From a bacterium (GTDB taxonomy: Bacteria; Patescibacteriota; Minisyncoccia; Phycocordibacterales; Phycocordibacteraceae), in the NCBI GenBank assembly GCA_027311385.1, contig DAICZA010000002.1, positions 21,327 through 59,531 on the forward strand: DNA of 38,205 bases. The letters run 5' to 3'. Both the position numbers and the translations under genes were made by a program. A model generated the notes under the pieces. That model saw only the letters and a program-made list of their open reading frames with translations, searched no databases and was not told where the DNA came from. Numbering within the stretch: position 1 is the stretch's first letter; every line of letters begins with the position of its first letter. Shown piece by piece: positions 9,360-18,447 of this stretch.

Positions 9360-9728
9360 ATGGCAATCTTCGGCGACAAAAAGAAAGAAAAGAAAGAGAA
9401 AAAGGGTGCGGCGCGCCGCCGTGCACGCACCGCACCGAGCGCTGCCGGCATCGCGCACGAGATTATCCGCGCGCCGTGGTTCTCCGAGAAGGCACTCATC
9501 ATTACCGAGAAAGGCGTCTACACCTTTGACGTTCCCGCGCGCGCGACGAAGGCTTCTATCGCGGGCGCCGTCAAAGAGATTTATAACGTGGCTCCAAGGA
9601 AGATTCGCATCGTGAATCTGCCCGCCAAGAAAAAGACCCTGCGCACGAAGCGCGGCGAGGGTTCTCGCGCCGCGCGCCGCAAAGCGTATGTGTACCTCAA
9701 TGCAGGCGATAGCATCCAGTTTGCATAA
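9360..9728 (+). CDS. rplW: 50S ribosomal protein L23 (basic N-terminal extension)
   Basis: P..SEKA, YTFDV...ATK, RKAYVYL; position in the operon. Confidence 0.95.
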   Translation: MAIFGDKKKEKKEKKGAARRRARTAPSAAGIAHEIIRAPWFSEKALIITEKGVYTFDVPARATKASIAGAVKEIYNVAPRKIRIVNLPAKKKTLRTKRGEGSRAARRKAYVYLNAGDSIQFA

Positions 9729-9737
9729 TTTCCAGAT

Positions 9738-10586
9738 ATGAAAACGTACAAGCCCACTTCCAAAAGCCGCCGCCAGATGACCACCCTGCCGTACAAGCAG
9801 TTGCTTTCGGGCGACGCGCCGCACAAGCCGCTTCTCAAGAAGAAGGGGAATCAGGGCGGTCGCAACGCGTTCGGACGCATTACGACGCGGCACCAGGGCG
9901 GCGGCCACAAGAAGCGCTTCCGCGACGTGGATTTCAAATACGACAAGAAAGATATCCCGGCGAAGATTGAGACGGTTGAATACGACCCGTTTCGCAGTGC
10001 GTTCATCGGGCTCGCGCTCTACCGGGACGGCGCGCGCCGCTACGTCATCCTGCCGAAAGAAGTGGCGGTCGGCAGCACGTTCGTCGTGTCCGAGAAGGCG
10101 CCGCTCTCGCCGGGGAACCGCCTTCCGCTCGGGAAGATTCCGGTCGGCACGTTCATCTACAACGTTGAAATTACGCCGCTCGCCGGCGCGCGCCTCGTCC
10201 GCTCGGCGGGCAACTACGCCGAAGTGGTTGCGCACGACGCGGGCTACGCACAGGTGAAACTCCCGTCAACGGAAATCCGCAAGATTTCCGACCTTTCGTG
10301 GGCCAGCATCGGCGCCGTCGGCAACGAGGAATACAATCTCGTCGTCATCGGCAAGGCCGGCCGCAGCCGCTGGCTCGGTATCCGCCCGACGGTACGCGGC
10401 ACCGCGATGAACCCGGTAGACCACCCGCACGGCGGCGGCGAAGGCCGTCAGGGCCGCGGGCTCCGCCGCGCAAAGAGCAAGTGGGGCAAGCCCACCGGCA
10501 AGGGACAGAAGACGAGGACCCCCAAAAAATACTCAAACGTGTTTATTGTCAGCAGGCGTAAAGTTGGAAAGAAACGCAAAGGTTAG
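9738..10586 (+). CDS. rplB: 50S ribosomal protein L2
   Basis: GRNAFGRIT, EYDP, VRGTAMNPVDHPHGGGEG. Confidence 0.99.
   Translation: MKTYKPTSKSRRQMTTLPYKQLLSGDAPHKPLLKKKGNQGGRNAFGRITTRHQGGGHKKRFRDVDFKYDKKDIPAKIETVEYDPFRSAFIGLALYRDGARRYVILPKEVAVGSTFVVSEKAPLSPGNRLPLGKIPVGTFIYNVEITPLAGARLVRSAGNYAEVVAHDAGYAQVKLPSTEIRKISDLSWASIGAVGNEEYNLVVIGKAGRSRWLGIRPTVRGTAMNPVDHPHGGGEGRQGRGLRRAKSKWGKPTGKGQKTRTPKKYSNVFIVSRRKVGKKRKG
10527..10586 (+). repeat. rplB 3'-end repeat, copy 1 (in gene, AT-rich codons)
   Basis: Encodes KYSNVFIVSRRKVGKKRKG*. Confidence 0.92.
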
Positions 10587-10594
10587 CCGACCTG

Positions 10595-10635
10595 CCCCGT
10601 AGCCAACCGAGCGAAGCGAGGTTGTGGTACCGGGG
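10595..10635. repeat. hairpin repeat (CCCC.../GTGGT-NN-GGGG family) between the rplB repeats
   Basis: ccccgtagccaacc-gagcgaagcga-ggttgtggtaccgggg. Confidence 0.65.
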
Positions 10636-10637
10636 AG

Positions 10638-10697
10638 AAGTACTCAAACGTCTTCATCGTCTCCCGCCGCAAGGTCGGCAAAAAGAGGAAAGGATAA
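10638..10697 (+). repeat. rplB 3'-end repeat, copy 2 (orphan, host-like codons)
   Basis: Same 19-aa peptide; 14 of 19 codons plus the stop differ synonymously; shared core tactcaaacgt. Confidence 0.92.
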
Positions 10698-10734
10698 TTT
10701 TACAAAGCACCCAGTAGGCGATTCTGCTGAATCG

Positions 10735-10764
10735 AAAAGCTCCGCACATTCGTGCGGGGCTTTT
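10735..10764. terminator. intrinsic terminator
   Basis: aaaagctccgcac-attc-gtgcggggctttt. Confidence 0.75.
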
Positions 10765-10827
10765 GCTATAGTTGACTCTAGACGAAGAACTTTTTTGTCG
10801 AATTTCCACCAACCGGACAAGGAGAAG

Positions 10828-11049
10828 ATGATGAAGAACGCAGATAGCGGAGTACGACCTATTTCAGAGGAAATGAGACGGCGAATCGAAGCAGGTCTTC
10901 GCGATTTGAGCGATCCCAATTCAGTTACACGGAGACGTTATAACGCGGCCGCGGAGAAAGGGGTCAAGTTGCTCAAGCCACTTGAAGATGTCATCGCCAG
11001 GTCGGAATGTCTGACCGAGTCTGATTTAGACATCGTCATAAATGTATGA
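10828..11049 (+). CDS. hypothetical protein (about 73 aa)
   Basis: AAGGAG SD before MMKNAD; TGc-TATAGT upstream; terminator at 11056-11087. Confidence 0.65.
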   Translation: MMKNADSGVRPISEEMRRRIEAGLRDLSDPNSVTRRRYNAAAEKGVKLLKPLEDVIARSECLTESDLDIVINV

Positions 11050-11055
11050 CACAAA

Positions 11056-11087
11056 GGCCGTTCCCTCGGGAACGGCCCGTGGTTTTT
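11056..11087. terminator. terminator between convergent genes
   Basis: ggccgttccc-tc-gggaacggcc followed by a T-tract. Confidence 0.7.
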
Positions 11088-11843
11088 TTATCTGTACTCC
11101 GGCTTCAGGATGTTCGCGAGTTCTGATGTTGGAATACGGAGCGTTTGCGGTCCGGCGGCATAGGGGGCGACCGCGTAGGGAGGGAAGAGAATGACGAGAT
11201 TTTGGTTATCAAAAAAGAAGTTTGCAAAATTCTTATCGTCGGGCGTCGTGCCGGGGTTGATGAAGGCCGCGTCGGCGCCTTGGCCGATGATAGCGGGGAG
11301 TTTTGCGCGCGCGAGCGACGAGAGCGTGCCGAGATAGTCCGCACCCGGCGCAAACAGGTCGGCGAGCGTGAGCGCCGCGCCGCTTGTCGTGTCAAAGGTG
11401 AAGGTCTTGAAGAATGTGTTGCCGTGCGCGCCGAGCGTGTCCTCGTAGACGGTGAAGATGTAGGAGACGGTGTGCGACGACGACGCGGTGAGGTACACGA
11501 TGTTGAGTGTCTCTTTGCGTCCGGCGCCGAGACCAATCTTCGCGGCGTCCTGCGGCGTGAGCGTAGCGAAATTGCCGTCAGACTTGAATTGCGCGATGGT
11601 GTCGGCGACGAAACGCTTCATCTCTGCCACGGCGACGGTGTTTTCGGCGGCGGCGAGCGGCGTGCTGGTCGCATAATTGGCGGCGATATCGTAGTAAGGT
11701 GCGTGTTCTACGTAGTGGTTCCCCGGCAGGGCGACGGTCGCTCCGGGTGCCTTCGCCGGCACCGGGCGCGTGGCGGCGTAGAGGACAATACCGATGAAAA
11801 TGACGAGTATGACGGCTATCCCAATGTAGGTATTTCTCTGCAT
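11088..11843 (-). CDS. membrane-anchored RsiV/PdaC-like (DUF3298-type) protein
   Basis: N-terminal TM; GAHGN, LTLADLF and F.PY.VAPYAAG motifs. Confidence 0.8.
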   Translation of the reverse strand: MQRNTYIGIAVILVIFIGIVLYAATRPVPAKAPGATVALPGNHYVEHAPYYDIAANYATSTPLAAAENTVAVAEMKRFVADTIAQFKSDGNFATLTPQDAAKIGLGAGRKETLNIVYLTASSSHTVSYIFTVYEDTLGAHGNTFFKTFTFDTTSGAALTLADLFAPGADYLGTLSSLARAKLPAIIGQGADAAFINPGTTPDDKNFANFFFDNQNLVILFPPYAVAPYAAGPQTLRIPTSELANILKPEYR

Positions 11844-11968
11844 AGTATGTGCAAGTGTACCGCAATTTCGCGGTCTTGTGGGGATTTTCTGTAGTTCACG
11901 CTACATACACGATATGTCAAGGTTCTGGAATGACCTAGGATTTATGAGGGTGTTTCGGAACGGTAGAG

Positions 11969-11997
11969 TTGACTCCACCGGCCTCTTCCTGTATCTT
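11969..11997 (+). promoter_or_regulatory. sigma70 promoter for rpsS and downstream genes
   Basis: TTGACT-17 nt-TATCTT. Confidence 0.65.
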
Positions 11998-12032
11998 TCC
12001 TGTATCCCGCTGCGCGGGCTTTTCATTACTTT

Positions 12033-12377
12033 ATGTCACGCTCACTTAAGAAAGGGCCCTTCGTGGACGCAAAACTCCTGAAGAAGCTTATTGATAAGAA
12101 ACCGGCATCGGCCGGGGTGATTAAGACGTGGGCGCGCCGCAGCCAGATAAGCCCCGAGATGGTCGGATTTACCCTCGGCGTGCACAACGGCAAGTCTCAT
12201 ATTGACGTGCTCATCGCCGAGGAAATGGTGGGGCATCGCTTGGGCGAATTCTCGCCGACCAAGAAATTCCTCCGCCACGGCGGCAAGATGCAGAAGGAGA
12301 TGGAAGCGAAGAAGCAGGAGGCCGAAATCGCCTCCGCGAAGGCTGCCAAGGAGTCCCCTGCGCCGGCGAAGAAATAA
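12033..12377 (+). CDS. rpsS: 30S ribosomal protein S19
   Basis: [24 protein letters not shown]; C-terminal extension. Confidence 0.98.
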   Translation: MSRSLKKGPFVDAKLLKKLIDKKPASAGVIKTWARRSQISPEMVGFTLGVHNGKSHIDVLIAEEMVGHRLGEFSPTKKFLRHGGKMQKEMEAKKQEAEIASAKAAKESPAPAKK

Positions 12378-12378
12378 T

Positions 12379-12699
12379 ATGGCAACCGCATACCTCAAGA
12401 GCTATAACCAGACACCGCGCAAGGTCCGCCTTGTCGCGGACCTCGTGAAGGGTAAGTCGGTTCCCGCGGCGCTTGCGGCGCTTGAATTCCTGCCGCGCCG
12501 CGCCGCGGAGCCCATCGCGAAGCTCATCAAGAGCGCGGCCGCCAATGCAAAAGAGAAGGGCGAAGATGCGGATGCGCTCACGGTGCGGTCGGTTACCGTG
12601 GAGAGCGCGGGTATGCTGAAGAAGTATATGCCGCGCGCGTTCGGCCGCGCCTCGGCCATCCGCCGCCGGAAGTCCCAGGTGAAAGTAACGCTCGCCTAA
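12379..12699 (+). CDS. rplV: 50S ribosomal protein L22
   Basis: PRKVRLVADLVKG, PRAFGRA; true start at ATG 12379. Confidence 0.96.
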   Translation: MATAYLKSYNQTPRKVRLVADLVKGKSVPAALAALEFLPRRAAEPIAKLIKSAAANAKEKGEDADALTVRSVTVESAGMLKKYMPRAFGRASAIRRRKSQVKVTLA

Positions 12700-12704
12700 T
12701 TGCT

Positions 12705-13406
12705 ATGACACACATCGTCCATCCTTACGCGCACCGCCTCGGCATCATCCGGGACTGGAAGAGCCGCTGGTTCGCGACCGACAGCAAGAGCTATCGGGAA
12801 AATATCAAGGTGGATGAGACTATCCGCCGTTATCTGACGAAGCGCCTGCGCGGCACCTACACGAGCAATATTGAGATAGAGCGCTCGCAGAGCGAACTGC
12901 GCGTCATCATCTCCACGGCGCGCCCGGGCCTCGTCATCGGCCGCTCCGGCGAGAACGCGACCAAGCTCCGCACCGACCTGACCAAGGTCGTAGAGAAGGC
13001 ACAGGGGCACCCGCTCCCCGCCGGCAAGCAGGTCAAGCTTGATATCAATGAAATACGCCAGCCCGAGACGGACGCGGCGGTCGTTGCGTATATGGTCGCC
13101 GAGGGATTGGAGAAGCGTATGCCGTTTCGCCGCGTGCTGAAGCAGACAGTGGAGAAGGTCATCGCCGCGCGCGAGGTGGAAGGCGTACGCATCGCCATTT
13201 CGGGCCGCCTCGGCGGCGCGGAGATGAGCCGCAAGGAGGAGGTGAAGAAGGGGCGCATCCCGCTCCAGACCTTCCGCGCGGATATTGATTTCGCCCACGA
13301 ACAGGCGTACCTGCCGTACGGCGTCATCGGCATCAAGGTATGGATTTTCCGCGGCAACGTGTATCAGGACAAGAAGACATCGGTGCATCTGCCGGAAATC
13401 AAATAG
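12705..13406 (+). CDS. rpsC: 30S ribosomal protein S3
   Basis: RPGLVIGRSG, SGRLGGAEMSR, GRIPLQTFRADID. Confidence 0.98.
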   Translation: MTHIVHPYAHRLGIIRDWKSRWFATDSKSYRENIKVDETIRRYLTKRLRGTYTSNIEIERSQSELRVIISTARPGLVIGRSGENATKLRTDLTKVVEKAQGHPLPAGKQVKLDINEIRQPETDAAVVAYMVAEGLEKRMPFRRVLKQTVEKVIAAREVEGVRIAISGRLGGAEMSRKEEVKKGRIPLQTFRADIDFAHEQAYLPYGVIGIKVWIFRGNVYQDKKTSVHLPEIK

Positions 13407-13429
13407 CGAAGCGAATATGATTTCCGAGC

Positions 13430-13560
13430 ACCCCGGCACCACTTTTGCGAAACGAAACGAAACAACCATGACTACTTACATTACAATTGCTTATGAAAAT
13501 AAAAACTTGTCCGCAAGACAAGTTTTTGGGGGCGATTGCACGGCAAAAGTGGTGCGGGGT
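13430..13560. repeat. MITE/REP-like inverted-repeat element between rpsC and rplP
   Basis: accccggcaccacttttgc ... gcaaaagtggtgcggggt; internal hairpin aaaaacttgtc-cgcaa-gacaagttttt. Confidence 0.75.
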
Positions 13561-13600
13561 AAGCGTTTGCTAAGTTCGCGGACTCGCTAAGAAAACGCTT

Positions 13601-14023
13601 ATGCTGTTTCCTAAAAAAGTGAAGCACCGCAAATGGCAGACCCAGCGTCTGTCCGAGAAGCGGTTGAATCGCGCCGACACGCGCGGTATTACTGTCGCGT
13701 TCGGCACCTTCGGGCTCAAGGCGCTTTCGCCCGCGCGCGTGACCAGCAACCAGATAGAGGCGGCGCGCAAGGTGCTCACCCGCGCGACCGCGAAGACGGG
13801 TAAGCTCTGGATCCGCATCTTCCCGGACCGCCCGGTGACGATGAAGCCGGCGGAAGTGGGTATGGGTAAAGGGAAGGGCGACCCGAAGCACTACGTCTTC
13901 CAGGTGCGCCCCGGCCGCATCCTCTTTGAAATGGACGGCGTGGATGAAAAAATCGCCCGCGCGCACCTGCGCCAAGCGGGTATGAAGCTTCCGGTCAAGA
14001 CGACCATCGTCACGCGCTCATAA
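13601..14023 (+). CDS. rplP: 50S ribosomal protein L16
   Basis: QIEAAR, WIRIFPDRP, MGKGKG. Confidence 0.98.
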   Translation: MLFPKKVKHRKWQTQRLSEKRLNRADTRGITVAFGTFGLKALSPARVTSNQIEAARKVLTRATAKTGKLWIRIFPDRPVTMKPAEVGMGKGKGDPKHYVFQVRPGRILFEMDGVDEKIARAHLRQAGMKLPVKTTIVTRS

Positions 14024-14042
14024 TTGCTTTTTCCCTATTTGT

Positions 14043-14249
14043 ATGACAAAAAAAGAGACAATGACCACGAAGACTGACCAGGAGCTTTTGAAGCTCCTCG
14101 CTGACACGCGCACCGCGCTTCACGCGGAGCGCTTTGCGGCCGCCGGCGCGCGCGCCAAGGACAGCAGCGCGAAAGGGAAGCTCCGCGCGACCATCGCGCG
14201 CGTGCTCACCGAACAGCACGCCCGTTCCCGCACGGCCGCCGCCGCATAA
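14043..14249 (+). CDS. rpmC: 50S ribosomal protein L29
   Basis: LRATIARVLTE; synteny; alternative start at 14061. Confidence 0.9.
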   Translation: MTKKETMTTKTDQELLKLLADTRTALHAERFAAAGARAKDSSAKGKLRATIARVLTEQHARSRTAAAA

Positions 14250-14254
14250 CTGCT

Positions 14255-14530
14255 ATGGAACAAAAAACCATTCGTCCCCAATCGTTCGTCGGTGTCGTCG
14301 TGAAAACGGCGATGAAAGACACGGCCACGGTCAAGGTGGACCGCTATGTGAAGAACGCGAAGTACAAGAAGTACTTCGTGCGCTCCAAGAAGTACCTCGT
14401 CCACAACCCGGGCGATGCGGTGAAAGTCGGCGATACGGTCACCATCGTCGCGACGCGTCCGATTTCCAAACTGAAGCACTTCGCCATTGACCCGGCAAAG
14501 ACGGTCTCGGTGCCGAGCGAGAACGACTAA
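14255..14530 (+). CDS. rpsQ: 30S ribosomal protein S17
   Basis: GVVVKTAMKDT, TRPISKLKHF. Confidence 0.96.
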   Translation: MEQKTIRPQSFVGVVVKTAMKDTATVKVDRYVKNAKYKKYFVRSKKYLVHNPGDAVKVGDTVTIVATRPISKLKHFAIDPAKTVSVPSEND

Positions 14531-14534
14531 TTCT

Positions 14535-14912
14535 ATGTTGCAGCCCCAATCCATCGTTACAGTCGCAGACAATTCCGGCGGAACCGTCGCCCGCATTTTC
14601 AAGGTGCTCGGCGGGAGCAAGCGGCGCTATGCCGAGATCGGCGACACGGTCGTCGTCTCCATCCAGACTGCGGCTCCAAGGAAGGCGGTAAAGAAGAAAG
14701 ACATTTTCCGCGCGGTCGTCGTGCGCCAGGTCAAGCCGTTCGGCCGCAAGGACGGCTCGTATATCCGCTTTGACGAGAACGCGGTCGTGCTCGTTGAGAA
14801 GCAGGGGAAAGAGATGGGTCCGAAAGGGAATCGCATCTTCGGTCCGGTGCCGCGCGAGCTCTCCGAGATGGGCTGGCACAATATCGTCTCGTTGGCGCCG
14901 GAAGTCGTGTAA
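14535..14912 (+). CDS. rplN: 50S ribosomal protein L14
   Basis: VADNSG, DGSYIRFDENA, RIFGPV, SLAPEVV; start at ATG 14535. Confidence 0.98.
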   Translation: MLQPQSIVTVADNSGGTVARIFKVLGGSKRRYAEIGDTVVVSIQTAAPRKAVKKKDIFRAVVVRQVKPFGRKDGSYIRFDENAVVLVEKQGKEMGPKGNRIFGPVPRELSEMGWHNIVSLAPEVV

Positions 14913-14933
14913 TCGCTGTTTAATCTTTTGTGT

Positions 14934-15197
14934 ATGAAAATTAAAAAAGGAGACAAAGTAAAGGTCATCGCGGGAAAGGACAAGGGTAAGTCCGGCACGG
15001 TCGTGCACGCCTTCCCGAAGAAGAATGCGGTGGTCGTAGAGGGCGTCGCGCTCTACAAGCGGCACCTGAAAGGGCGGACGGACGAGGTCGGCCGCATTAT
15101 TGAGCGCCCGCGTGCCATTGATGCGTCAAACGTCGCACTCGTGGCGAGTCCGAAACTGAAGTCAGCGCTTGATGCGCCAGCCAAAGGCGCCAAATAA
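14934..15197 (+). CDS. rplX: 50S ribosomal protein L24 (short)
   Basis: MKIKKGDKVKVIAGKDKGKSG KOW motif; SNVAL. Confidence 0.96.
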   Translation: MKIKKGDKVKVIAGKDKGKSGTVVHAFPKKNAVVVEGVALYKRHLKGRTDEVGRIIERPRAIDASNVALVASPKLKSALDAPAKGAK

Positions 15198-15206
15198 ATT
15201 CAGCAT

Positions 15207-15758
15207 ATGTCTATTACCAAACAACGCCAGCAGACCGCCTACGCCGCCCTCGAGCGGGATTTCGGCTACACGAGCTCGATGCAGGGCCCGCGCATACAGA
15301 AAGTCATCGTTTCCACGGGCGTCGGCAAGAAGCGCGACAAGAAGCAGATAGAGCTCATCAGCGAACGCCTCGCGCGCATCACGGGACAGAAGGCGGCGCC
15401 GCGTGCCGCGAAGCAGTCCATTGCCTCGTTCAAGGTGCGCGAGGGCGACACCGTCGGGCTCCAGGTCACGCTTCGCGGGGCACGGATGTACGACTTCCTG
15501 GACAAGCTCGTCCACATCGCGCTCCCGCGCACGCGCGACTTCCGCGGCCTCAAACCGACGGCGATTGACGATATGGGGAACATCACCATCGGCATCAAGG
15601 AAAACACCATTTTCCCGGAAACGAGCGATGAGGACCTGAAGGACGTGTTCGGGCTCGCCATCACCGTCGTCACCACAGCCACGTCGAAGGCCGAGGCCGA
15701 GGCTTTCTTCCGCCACCTCGGGTTTCCGCTTATCGTTGACGCAAGCATAAAACGCTGA
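15207..15758 (+). CDS. rplE: 50S ribosomal protein L5
   Basis: ITGQK, VTLRG.RMYDFLDKL, ALPRTRDFRG. Confidence 0.98.
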   Translation: MSITKQRQQTAYAALERDFGYTSSMQGPRIQKVIVSTGVGKKRDKKQIELISERLARITGQKAAPRAAKQSIASFKVREGDTVGLQVTLRGARMYDFLDKLVHIALPRTRDFRGLKPTAIDDMGNITIGIKENTIFPETSDEDLKDVFGLAITVVTTATSKAEAEAFFRHLGFPLIVDASIKR

Positions 15759-15796
15759 TATTCTGACGATACGCTCTTCGGGGCTTTATTTTTTCT

Positions 15797-16066
15797 ATGG
15801 CCAAAAAATCCCAGCACGCACGACTCGTCAAGAAGACGAAACTCGTCAAGAAGTACGCGGTAAAGCGTGCGGCGTTGAAGCTGGCCGGCGATTCCGAAGG
15901 CCTGCAGAAACTCCCGCGGAATTCCTCGCCCGTCCGCCTCAAGAACCGCTGTGCCATCACCGGCCGCTCCCGCGGCTATATGCGCGCATTCGGCCTCTCG
16001 CGCATCCAGTTCCGCGAGCTCGCGCGCGAGGGCAAGATTCCGGGCGTTAAGAAAGCATCATGGTAA
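15797..16066 (+). CDS. rpsN: 30S ribosomal protein S14 (89-aa, Zn-ribbon-less type)
   Basis: [29 protein letters not shown]; only one Cys. Confidence 0.97.
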   Translation: MAKKSQHARLVKKTKLVKKYAVKRAALKLAGDSEGLQKLPRNSSPVRLKNRCAITGRSRGYMRAFGLSRIQFRELAREGKIPGVKKASW

Positions 16067-16464
16067 CTGACCGCGTCGGTGATTTCATCATCCGTCTCCA
16101 GAATGCCGCGGCTATCGGCAAGGCGGAGGTGTCTCTGCCGTACTCGGAACACCTCTTCGCCATCGCGCAGAAGCTCAAGGACCTCGGCTATCTTTCGCAC
16201 GCGGAGGTGACGGTGAAGGAGGGCGACGAAGTGAAGAAGACGATCGTCGCGGCGCTCTCCTATAACGAACACGGCGTTGCAAAACTCCGCGGCGTGAAGC
16301 GTATCAGCAAGCCCGGCCGCCGGCTCTACGTGCCGTCTACCGCCGCACACAAGGTGAAGGGCGGTACCGGCGCGCGCATCATTTCAAGCCCCGCCGGCAT
16401 CATCTCGGATGCGGAAGCGCGCAAAACGCACGTGGGCGGCGAGAATCTTTTTGAGATTTGGTAA
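16060..16464 (+). CDS. rpsH: 30S ribosomal protein S8
   Basis: [28 protein letters not shown]. Confidence 0.97.
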   Translation: MVTDRVGDFIIRLQNAAAIGKAEVSLPYSEHLFAIAQKLKDLGYLSHAEVTVKEGDEVKKTIVAALSYNEHGVAKLRGVKRISKPGRRLYVPSTAAHKVKGGTGARIISSPAGIISDAEARKTHVGGENLFEIW

Positions 16465-16474
16465 TGATTGTTGT

Positions 16475-17005
16475 ATGAGCCGCCTTGCCAAAAAGCCGAT
16501 TGCAATAGGAAAGACCGATGTCTCGGTCGCCGGCGGCACGCTGACCGTAAAGGGGACGAAGGGCACACTCACCAAGCGCGTGCACCCGTCGGTGAACATT
16601 TCGGTTGAGGGTGGCGCCGTCGCTATCACGCCGAAGGACCGTTCTCGTCTCGCCAAGGCGCTCATCGGCACGTATGCATCGCATGTGAAGAATATGGTCC
16701 AGGGCGTTGAGACGCCCTATGTGAAGAAGCTCATCCTCGACGGCGTCGGCTACCGGATGGAAGTGAAAGGCAAGGATGTCGTGCTCACGGTCGGCTTCTC
16801 GCACACGGTGCCGCTCGCGATTCCGGAAGACGTCACGGCAAAGGTGGAGAAGAACGTGCTGACGCTTGAGAGCGTGAACAAAGAGTCGGTCGGGCAGTTC
16901 GCGGCAAATGTCCGCCGCGTGAAGCCGCCGGAGCCGTACCTCGGCAAGGGTATCCGCTATGAGGGCGAAGTTATCCGCCGCAAGCAGGGCAAGAAGGCCG
17001 TCTAA
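16475..17005 (+). CDS. rplF: 50S ribosomal protein L6
   Basis: [25 protein letters not shown]; start at ATG 16475. Confidence 0.98.
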   Translation: MSRLAKKPIAIGKTDVSVAGGTLTVKGTKGTLTKRVHPSVNISVEGGAVAITPKDRSRLAKALIGTYASHVKNMVQGVETPYVKKLILDGVGYRMEVKGKDVVLTVGFSHTVPLAIPEDVTAKVEKNVLTLESVNKESVGQFAANVRRVKPPEPYLGKGIRYEGEVIRRKQGKKAV

Positions 17006-17009
17006 TACT

Positions 17010-17360
17010 ATGAACCGCAAACCAACCAGCACCAGTGAACTCCGCAAGCGCCGCCATGCGCGCGTGCGGGCGACCGTCATCGGCACCGCGGCGCGGCCGC
17101 GCCTCGCCGTCTACCGGAGCAATCGCTTCGTGTCGGCGCAGCTCATTGACGACGCGGCGGGGAAGACGGTGGCGGCCGCGCATGGACGCGAGTTCAAGGG
17201 TTCGCAGTCGGTGCAGGCGGTGTCGGTCGGCGAAGCCATCGCCAAGCAGGCGAAAGCGAAGGGCATCACGACGGCCGTCTTTGACCGCGGCGGCTACCGC
17301 TACGGCGGGCAGGTGAAGGCGCTCGCGGATGCCGCACGCGCGGGCGGTCTCGCCTTTTAA
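17010..17360 (+). CDS. rplR: 50S ribosomal protein L18
   Basis: [21 protein letters not shown]; start at ATG 17010. Confidence 0.97.
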   Translation: MNRKPTSTSELRKRRHARVRATVIGTAARPRLAVYRSNRFVSAQLIDDAAGKTVAAAHGREFKGSQSVQAVSVGEAIAKQAKAKGITTAVFDRGGYRYGGQVKALADAARAGGLAF

Positions 17361-17366
17361 ATAGTT

Positions 17367-17981
17367 ATGACAACCCCGATGGAACCAGAAATCATACAGG
17401 AAGAAGTAGCCGCGCCGGAAGTAGCGGACGTTGAGACGACGGCCGCGCCGGTTGAGGCGGCGCCGGCACCGCGCAACTTCCGCGAACGCGGCGCACTGCG
17501 CGGCCGCGCCCCGCGCGGCGGCGGCCGCGGCCGTCCGCCGCGCGAGCGCGGCGAGTTTGAGCAGGTCACCATTGACGCACGCCGCGTGGCGCGCGTGATG
17601 GCCGGCGGCCGTCGTTTCAATTTCAGCCTCGTGGTCGTCATCGGCGACAAGAAGGGACGCGTCGGCGTCGGGCTCGGCAAAGGCATTGACACCGCGCTCG
17701 CGATTGATAAGGCGACCCGCGACGCAAAGAAGCACCTTTTCACCGTTCCGCGCACGGCCTCGGGCTCCATTCCGCACCAGGTGCTGATGAAGTACGCGTC
17801 GTCCACCGTGGAAATCATCCCGTCCAAGGGCCGCGGGCTCGTCGCCGGCTCGGCGGTGCGCACCGTGCTGGACCTCGCGGGCGTGACCGACGTCGTCACC
17901 AAGATTCACAGCCGTTCCAAGAACAAGCTCACGATGGCGCGCGCCACCGTCGGCGCTCTGAAGAAATTGCGCTCCGCATAA
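17367..17981 (+). CDS. rpsE: 30S ribosomal protein S5
   Basis: RRVARVMAGGRRFNF, GRVGVGLGK; acidic/RG-rich N-terminal extension. Confidence 0.97.
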   Translation: MTTPMEPEIIQEEVAAPEVADVETTAAPVEAAPAPRNFRERGALRGRAPRGGGRGRPPRERGEFEQVTIDARRVARVMAGGRRFNFSLVVVIGDKKGRVGVGLGKGIDTALAIDKATRDAKKHLFTVPRTASGSIPHQVLMKYASSTVEIIPSKGRGLVAGSAVRTVLDLAGVTDVVTKIHSRSKNKLTMARATVGALKKLRSA

Positions 17982-17991
17982 CTATTTCCGT

Positions 17992-18447
17992 ATGCAACTT
18001 CACTCTCTGTCTCCCCGCACCAAAAACAAGAAGAACGCGCCTGTCGGGCGCGGCGGCAAGCGCGGCAAGACCAGCGGCCGCGGCGGGAAAGGGCAGACGG
18101 CGCGCGCCGGGCACCACATCCGCCCGGAAGTCCGCGATCTCATAAAGAAGCTTCCGAAGCGCCGCGGCCACGGCAAGAACCGCGCACGCACCGTGCGTAC
18201 GAACCGCATTTCCGTCTCCGCGGTGAATCTGGATGCGCTGGAACTGAACTACCAAGCCGGCGAGACCGTCTCGCCGGCGACGCTGCTTGCGAGGGGCGTT
18301 GTCCGCCGCGCGAAAGGCCGTGCGCCGATGGTGAAAATCCTCGGTACCGGAGAACTCACGAAGGCGCTCACCGTGACCGGCTGCACCCTTTCCGCTTCGG
18401 CGAAAGCCGCGGTCACGGCCGCCGGCGGAACCATTGCCCATGCTTAA
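17992..18447 (+). CDS. rplO: 50S ribosomal protein L15
   Basis: GRGGKRGKTSGRGGKGQTAR, KILGTGEL. Confidence 0.97.
   Translation: MQLHSLSPRTKNKKNAPVGRGGKRGKTSGRGGKGQTARAGHHIRPEVRDLIKKLPKRRGHGKNRARTVRTNRISVSAVNLDALELNYQAGETVSPATLLARGVVRRAKGRAPMVKILGTGELTKALTVTGCTLSASAKAAVTAAGGTIAHA

Noticed and set aside
10624-10827. N-terminal half of the 141-aa ORF 10624-11049
   Set aside because: It runs through the orphan rplB tail out of frame and through a terminator; the SD supports a start at 10828/10831
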